Of a DNA stretch of 64,000 nt, positions 58,210-64,000 are shown piece after piece (positions within the stretch are counted from its first letter, which is position 1; every line of letters begins with the position of its first letter). A model generated the notes under the pieces. That model saw nothing but the letters and a program-made list of their open reading frames with translations, ran no database searches and was not told where the DNA came from. The DNA is from Candidatus Moraniibacteriota bacterium (GTDB lineage: Bacteria > Patescibacteriota > Minisyncoccia > Moranbacterales > UBA1568). Position numbers and translations under genes: made by a program. The stretch covers positions 316,348-380,347 of the forward strand of contig JBPOIB010000001.1 of assembly GCA_052034935.1 (NCBI GenBank), written 5' to 3'.

Positions 58210-58771
58210 AAGAGCTTTCGTAAGTAAGGCACTCTTTCTTCATCTTAAAATCTATCTGAAAATCTATCTCTTTCTGAGAAAAAAGATTCGAAATCGGAAC
58301 CCGCACATCGCTCACGCATTCAGCTGCCTTGAGCGCGGCCTCGAACTCCAAAAACTGGTCCCTCGTCTCGGCCTGCCCGGAAAGTGAAATCGTATAGTCT
58401 TTGGTCAAAAGTTCAATAATCACCACCCCTTTTGGTGTCAACTCGTCAAGCATGAGTAAGAGGGACGTCCAACGTAAACGAGCCTGCTGGTAACGAGTAA
58501 CAACTTCGGTTGTCGCGTTTGCCATCTTAAACTCTTCCTGATACACCACGAGTTTCTTGGCTTCTTCATTATACTGATCGAAGGCAGCAAGCGCCTGACT
58601 GGCTGTCTTTGACTGATAATGCAGAATCATAAAGATACCACCGAGAACAACAACATAATAGAGCTCCAGGATAAGAAGCAGTGTCGTTTGCCACAAGAAA
58701 AATCGGTTTCGGAATTTCCGTATGAGCGCATCCTTTTTTTCCCCAGGAAGAACGTTAAGTAAGATCTTCAT
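58196..58771 (-). CDS. pilN: PilN-like type IV pilus assembly protein
   Basis: N-terminal LNVLP (INLLP-like), TM helix, coiled coil, L..LTP.GV, LSGQA..R. Confidence 0.85.
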   Translation of the reverse strand: MKILLNVLPGEKKDALIRKFRNRFFLWQTTLLLILELYYVVVLGGIFMILHYQSKTASQALAAFDQYNEEAKKLVVYQEEFKMANATTEVVTRYQQARLRWTSLLLMLDELTPKGVVIIELLTKDYTISLSGQAETRDQFLEFEAALKAAECVSDVRVPISNLFSQKEIDFQIDFKMKKECLTYESSYAKR

Positions 58772-59849
58772 ATTCGTCGAGGCCTCGCAAGGCGAGACCG
58801 ATAGCGGTTGAATACTGCACCGAATGTCCTCTATCTATCGGCGGGAGCGTCCGACCAAGCTTGATATTGACCCAGGGATTACCGAATTCAACAGATTGGT
58901 TGAGTCGCTTCGTTAGATAAGGGAGAAGACCCTTCATATTCGATCCGCCGCCGCAAAGTACAATACTGTCGATCGCGGCAGAATAGCCGAGGTTGGTAAG
59001 ATAGAAATTCGCCGAACGCTCTATTTCAATCGCGAGATTCTCGAGTATCGGCTGAGCCGCTTTGAACAGTGGACTCTTCATCGCGAGCGACCCAAGTCCA
59101 TACTTGATCTTCATCGCTTCCGCCTCTTCAAAAGGAATCTTCATCTCTTTGGCGATTGCATCAGAGATCATCTGGGACGACAACGGAACGCTCGAGGTGA
59201 AACAGGGAGTATGACCAATCGCGACAAGAAAACTCGTTCGGCGATCGCCAATATCCACAATAAGCCGCGTCTTATCCTCGTCCTTATCCAGTAGTAGACT
59301 GCGCGCCTGAGCGATTGACTCAGTCTCCAGACCGACAACCTCGAGCCCTGATTTTTCGAGTACGGCATAAATCTGATCAACCATCGTCCGGGCAACCGCA
59401 ACGACAAGCACACTCATCTTCTTCTTTTCATTAGCGATGGTCCGGTCAAGCACTTGATAATCGTAATAGACCTGGTCGAGCGTCAGTGGAATATTGGCCT
59501 CAATCTCCCACTTAATTGCCTCTTTGACCTCGTCAAGCTCCATCAGAGGAAGTGAAACAACGCGCAAAAAAGCCTTGGTCTCAGGGAGGGAACAGATGAC
59601 TTTCCGGGTTCGGACCGGCTTCGGCTGCGTCTTATCAAGCAAGTCCTTGATTGCCTGGACCACTATCGCCTCATTGACAATATCACCATCGACGATACTG
59701 CCAATTGCTATCGGAACAGATCCGAAGCTCGAAACCACCTCTTCCGAACCTTCACGCTCGAGCCACATCGCTTTGACCGAGAGATCTGAGAGGTCAAGAC
59801 CGAACGGTTGCGGGAAAAGATCAAAAACTTTTTTCCGAAAAAAACTCAT
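58755..59849 (-). CDS. pilM: Type IV pilus assembly protein PilM
   Basis: FGLDLSD.SVK, VDIGD, LCGGGS, NPW, TAIGLALR. Confidence 0.93.
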   Translation of the reverse strand: MSFFRKKVFDLFPQPFGLDLSDLSVKAMWLEREGSEEVVSSFGSVPIAIGSIVDGDIVNEAIVVQAIKDLLDKTQPKPVRTRKVICSLPETKAFLRVVSLPLMELDEVKEAIKWEIEANIPLTLDQVYYDYQVLDRTIANEKKKMSVLVVAVARTMVDQIYAVLEKSGLEVVGLETESIAQARSLLLDKDEDKTRLIVDIGDRRTSFLVAIGHTPCFTSSVPLSSQMISDAIAKEMKIPFEEAEAMKIKYGLGSLAMKSPLFKAAQPILENLAIEIERSANFYLTNLGYSAAIDSIVLCGGGSNMKGLLPYLTKRLNQSVEFGNPWVNIKLGRTLPPIDRGHSVQYSTAIGLALRGLDEYEDLT

Positions 59850-59895
59850 ACAGCAGTTTAGTGTTTGTTTTCCTTTTCAATCATACCACGCAGAA

Positions 59896-61314
59896 TCAAA
59901 GCTCCTCCCAAAGATCAAGTTCATATTGTGTCCCCGTTGGAAAGTATGGTGGCGGGTAGTAGAGGAGATTGTTGTCATAATAGAGGTTTCGTGTCTGATA
60001 CCCAGTACCATCAGTCCACGCAAATCCGTAACGGAGATTCGTCGCGATTGCTCCATAGATCGTAATTACCGATTTGTCATCAGGACTATAGCCTTTACTG
60101 ACATAGTGCTCACGACCAACTCTTCCCTGTTGAGCGAGGAGTGCCGCATCGATACGTAAATCATTTTCGCTCGCCCAGCCAATCTCAATATTATTTTGCG
60201 CCACGATACCGATGATGTCTCGACCATCCGTATTGGTATAACGGATATCGTTCAAGATATAGACCGATGGCGCCGGTCCACCGAGAAGGTCCGCCGAAAC
60301 GATGGTGACTCTTTTCGTATTGACTGTCCCTGACACCCAAACATTGTCTTCGACAAAGATAACCCCATTATCGGGAATGGCGTAATTTGCCCACGCTCCA
60401 TTATACGAAGTAATACTGTACGCCGTATTGAAGTTTCTCACTTGCCGGGCGCGAAATGTCCCATCAGCGCGAAGCTCGATATGCGTTCCCCGATTATTTG
60501 CTCCCGCTCCAGTAAAGTACACTCCCGCCCCGCTCTGAGATTCGCTTTTCATGAAGCTGAGGTCGCCAAGCACACCATTGAAATCGATTGTTGTTGTCGG
60601 AAACTCTCTCCCCGCCTCAAAGACGTCCGTTCTCGTCGGTACTGCTGCCGGCGGTAAGGGATCGGTCGGCGCATCATGAGTATGCACGCCAAATTCATTC
60701 CCACCCGAATGATCTGGATCATTATAGCTCGCCACTCCGCTCGAGATAACATTATGTGCTACCCCATCAAAACGGATGCCGACATTTGAATGGATTTTTC
60801 CGAAAACTTCCGTTCCAGCCCCAAAACGCATGAAATCATTGGCTAAAACGGCACTCTCGCTCCAGGAAGGCCGACGGAGCCGAACCTCAAGAACGCGCTG
60901 CTGATCCGGATAGCGATATGTCCAGCCGGTCGCCTTGATGAGAGCAATGGTCGAGCCGGTATCAGGAGGGGTCACCTCTATCCGATAGCGGCCGACTACT
61001 CCGCCAGAGGGGTCACTATAGTCGTTCTCATAGGGAGCAGCGACGCCATAGGCCGTACCGCTGTTCCAGAAGGTCTGTATCTGAGAAGCTGTTTTCCCCT
61101 CGACATTATGCGCGAGATACCAGCGGTAGAATTCAATCCCCGATTCGGCGATTTGAAGTGCTTGCTCTTTTGAACGAGTCTCCAAGGAATATTTTATATT
61201 CGACGTGATAAATTGCACGACCGAAACAAGAATAACCTGTACGACCGCCATGATAACAAGGCCGTAGACCAGGGCTCCACCCGTTAGCACAGAGGGTCGC
61301 TTATTAGTCTCCAT
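59896..61314 (-). CDS. PilX-like minor pilin
   Basis: Start placed at METNKRP; GGALV..LV N-terminal helix, ALQIAESGIE, C-terminal PPPYFP...WEE. Confidence 0.8.
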   Translation of the reverse strand: METNKRPSVLTGGALVYGLVIMAVVQVILVSVVQFITSNIKYSLETRSKEQALQIAESGIEFYRWYLAHNVEGKTASQIQTFWNSGTAYGVAAPYENDYSDPSGGVVGRYRIEVTPPDTGSTIALIKATGWTYRYPDQQRVLEVRLRRPSWSESAVLANDFMRFGAGTEVFGKIHSNVGIRFDGVAHNVISSGVASYNDPDHSGGNEFGVHTHDAPTDPLPPAAVPTRTDVFEAGREFPTTTIDFNGVLGDLSFMKSESQSGAGVYFTGAGANNRGTHIELRADGTFRARQVRNFNTAYSITSYNGAWANYAIPDNGVIFVEDNVWVSGTVNTKRVTIVSADLLGGPAPSVYILNDIRYTNTDGRDIIGIVAQNNIEIGWASENDLRIDAALLAQQGRVGREHYVSKGYSPDDKSVITIYGAIATNLRYGFAWTDGTGYQTRNLYYDNNLLYYPPPYFPTGTQYELDLWEEL

Positions 61315-61951
61315 ATGATTCGAGGTTACGCAAGTCGACAAATGATTCGACATTGATATTGTTTGGTGCCCTGATTGGATCGATATTGACGCGAAGCAAT
61401 ACTCGGACAAGCCGAACATCTTCGACAGCGATCGGCGTGACAATCGGATTATTCACCGTATCCCCCGGATAGTTTTCATTGTAGAAATAGAAGATCGGCT
61501 GCGCTGCTTCGTTCACAATATAGTCGGCAATAACGCTTGTTGTTCCATCCCCCGCTGCATAGGTCGGCGGATTCGTAGCGGAAGGTTCTCGAACGCCACG
61601 CATCAGACGGTCGTTGACCGCGTCAAGCCAGTAATGCACTCTCTCAGTCATGCCGTCATTATCGATATCAAGGTACACTTGGATATCGAAATCATCACCG
61701 GATTCGACCGGATAGTCGCCATTATCTGCCTGCCGGACCTTTCGGAGATTATTGATAATCTCCGCAGAAGCACGATTCACTTTGATTGCCGATATCCCTG
61801 TCTCAATGATGAACTTATTACTTTTCCACGTACTACTCAGGAGAAGAGTAAACCCGATCATGCCAGCCGAGATAATAAAGAGTGCGACAAGGGTTTCGAC
61901 GAGCGTCAAGCCACGCAACTTTTTCTTTGGGAGTTGGGAGTGGTGGTACAT
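61304..61951 (-). CDS. Prepilin-type minor pilin (PilW/PulJ-like)
   Basis: Class III signal RG|LTLVETLV; C-terminal LRN. Confidence 0.88.
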   Translation of the reverse strand: MYHHSQLPKKKLRGLTLVETLVALFIISAGMIGFTLLLSSTWKSNKFIIETGISAIKVNRASAEIINNLRKVRQADNGDYPVESGDDFDIQVYLDIDNDGMTERVHYWLDAVNDRLMRGVREPSATNPPTYAAGDGTTSVIADYIVNEAAQPIFYFYNENYPGDTVNNPIVTPIAVEDVRLVRVLLRVNIDPIRAPNNINVESFVDLRNLESYGD

Positions 61952-61959
61952 ATTAATCG

Positions 61960-63336
61960 CTATGGATTCAGGGCCATCGCCTTATTCACTAAGCCAGAAG
62001 TCACATCGACCGTATCAGTATCAGTAACAAATCCGGCCGCTGAGACTTCGATATCATACGTCGCGGTCGTGAGTCCGGGCGATGACGTCGGAAAATAAGC
62101 CTTCCCATACTGGCTTGTCACCAAGGTCTCATCATATGAAAGTGTCGCGTTTGTAAGACGAACCGATGCACCATTGATTGGACTTCCGTCCGCGGCGGCC
62201 GTTACCGTTATGAGGGCTCCATTAATCGTCTTATCGGCTAAAACCATTTCGATTTGCCCGGTTGTGCCCGGCGCGAGCGTTATGAGATTCGGATCGGAAG
62301 GAGACTCGGGTAAAAGACTCACGAATTCATAGCCCGATTCACTCGGATCAAGCGTCCAGGTATAGCTTCCGTAGCTTCTTCCTAAGTATTCTTTCTCGCC
62401 GTTCGTATCAGTCACCGCGTCCTCGCCGAAATCATACACTGGTGTTCCAACACCGGAAATCGTTCCGATCTGCCGGCCGCCATCAATCCGAAAATTGATA
62501 TCGGGCAGTGAATCGCCGAACTGATCGACGGTCCGAAGGTCGAGATCAACATCCGTATCCATCACAAACGATGCCTGATTGACAGTTGCATCAATAACGG
62601 ACGCATGAACATCAGTTGGAATAAAAGCGCTCGTCGGGAACGGTGGATAGGTCGCGCTGCCAAAGTACCCACCCTTTGAAAAAGTTACCTGGTACGATTG
62701 TGAGCTCGCTGGCGCGCCAACAAGGAAGAGGTTCCCACTCACATCGGTGGTAGTCGTGACATCGACAGCGGGAGCAACAGATGCATTCACTATACGCACC
62801 GTCGCATTAGAAACGCCAACCCCTTGGGCATCGAGAATGTTGATTGAAAGTATCCCACCGCCTGCTGGCTGTTCGACTCCGAGCGGGGCAAAGGTGGAAA
62901 AAAGCTGAACTTCTTCTGATTCTCCGCCCGCCCCCCAAGAAACCTCAATTCTTACTCGCTTGTAGTCATTCGGGACAAGATCGTTGGGAACCCCGCCCAA
63001 GGTACCATCGTACGAGTCGTCGACATATTGGATAAAAGTGTGTACATGGTAGGCTGAGTTATTCACTTGAACATCCTCGTCTTGAGCGATATCACCCGAT
63101 GGGACGCCCAAGACCGTACCGATACTATCGTAATCGAGACTTCTCACTATTTCCATTTTTTGATTGGCTAACGAAATTGCTCCAAGCCGGTATTTTGATT
63201 GCTGAATCAGCGCTGTTCCGTAGGCGAACGTCTGAAAAAAAACCGCTGTGATCAGGGCGAAGATAAACAGAAATGCCAAGCCTTCTATGATGGTAAAACC
63301 GGCTTCAGCTCTTTTGTTCCACCCGCCTGTTCGCAT
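61960..63336 (-). CDS. Large minor pilin with carboxypeptidase-regulatory-like repeats
   Basis: AG|FTIIE, LANQKME..RSL.Y, DYKRV, three beta-sandwich repeats (A.V.I/L...TD..G...Y.V/I...GY/F). Confidence 0.85.
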   Translation of the reverse strand: MRTGGWNKRAEAGFTIIEGLAFLFIFALITAVFFQTFAYGTALIQQSKYRLGAISLANQKMEIVRSLDYDSIGTVLGVPSGDIAQDEDVQVNNSAYHVHTFIQYVDDSYDGTLGGVPNDLVPNDYKRVRIEVSWGAGGESEEVQLFSTFAPLGVEQPAGGGILSINILDAQGVGVSNATVRIVNASVAPAVDVTTTTDVSGNLFLVGAPASSQSYQVTFSKGGYFGSATYPPFPTSAFIPTDVHASVIDATVNQASFVMDTDVDLDLRTVDQFGDSLPDINFRIDGGRQIGTISGVGTPVYDFGEDAVTDTNGEKEYLGRSYGSYTWTLDPSESGYEFVSLLPESPSDPNLITLAPGTTGQIEMVLADKTINGALITVTAAADGSPINGASVRLTNATLSYDETLVTSQYGKAYFPTSSPGLTTATYDIEVSAAGFVTDTDTVDVTSGLVNKAMALNP

Positions 63337-63339
63337 AGG

Positions 63340-64000
63340 CTATTTGATATTTTCAAGAACGCTGTACATTGGTTGAAGCATCGCGACCGCGAAAAATCCA
63401 ACCGACGTACCAATGAGGAGCATGAGGATTGGCTCGATGATAGAAGACATGTTTTTCGTAATCTGAGAGACCTCCTCCTCATAAAACTCAGCCAGCCGCT
63501 GAAGCACATCTTCCGTCTTCCCTGTTTCTTCGCCGACTTGAATAATCTGCGTTACAAGAATCGGGAAGATTCGTGGATGCTGCTCGGTGACCTTTGAAAG
63601 CTCGGTTCCCTTCTGAACCTCTTCAATGCCTTGGATCAGCGCCTCCTTGTAGTAGACATTGCCCAGTGTTCGCGAAACAATCGTCAATGCACTCACCACT
63701 GAGATTCCACTTTTGAGCAGCGAGCTGTAGATACGAGAAAATCGGGCGCAATTCACTTTGACAACGATACTGCCGACAATCGGAAGCCTGAGAACCAGCC
63801 AGTTGAGGAAGTGGCGGCCGGCATCGGTCTTGGCTGCGACCCGGATTCCTATCAGAATGATAATGACGCTGATGACAACGATAATCCAGTGGACTCGAAG
63901 AAGGTCAGAGGCAGCGATAAGGAATCTCGTGAGTGGCGGCAGTTCGACCGCCATATCAACGAACACCGCCGTAATCTTCGGAAGAATATAGGTCAGCATA
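63340..64000 (-). CDS. pilC: Type II secretion F / PilC platform protein (5' part outside window)
   Basis: LPPLTR, RFSR..SSLLKSG, VGEETG, IIEP, AMLQPMY. Confidence 0.93.
   Translation of the reverse strand, partial: MLTYILPKITAVFVDMAVELPPLTRFLIAASDLLRVHWIIVVISVIIILIGIRVAAKTDAGRHFLNWLVLRLPIVGSIVVKVNCARFSRIYSSLLKSGISVVSALTIVSRTLGNVYYKEALIQGIEEVQKGTELSKVTEQHPRIFPILVTQIIQVGEETGKTEDVLQRLAEFYEEEVSQITKNMSSIIEPILMLLIGTSVGFFAVAMLQPMYSVLENIK

Noticed and set aside
1-64000. Alternative genetic code (UGA=Gly), CRISPR arrays, tRNA/rRNA genes, integrases/transposases, introns
   Set aside because: Conserved genes are full-length under code 11 and some (e.g. tyrS) end in TGA; I saw no spaced direct-repeat array, tRNA/rRNA motif or recombinase ORF by eye, though an automated scan was not possible

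Overview
Gene-dense window, almost entirely on the minus strand, from what looks like a Patescibacteria/CPR chromosome (Parcubacteria, probably Moranbacteria-like; inferred from gene content and CPR-type protein motifs). It uses the standard genetic code, with TGA as a stop. Housekeeping content: RNase P RNA, pheST, tyrS, secDF, ABC-F, PBP1A, a MacAB-like exporter, rnhA, recJ, dnaJ with a perfect CIRCE, mltG, trxA, lepA, murJ, a surface-glycan/rml cluster interrupted by a Nudix/MazG/peptidase E block, a reduced dcw cluster, bcp, rarA, xth, miaB, rlmN and a type IV pilus cluster. The most interesting signals lie between or inside these genes: (1) a complete leader-peptide transcription attenuator at 50957-51146 controlling an unknown 63-aa ORF; (2) several self-contained orphan micro-gene units, each with a sigma70-like promoter, Shine-Dalgarno and terminator, one of them missed by the ORF track; (3) a 101-bp MITE-like element with 13-bp TIRs and a TTGA duplication; (4) SecD with an inserted, apparently circularly permuted parvulin domain, followed after secF by a Met-rich helical protein; (5) two candidate structured ncRNAs. 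All folds, motif matches and family calls were made by eye; no searches were run.
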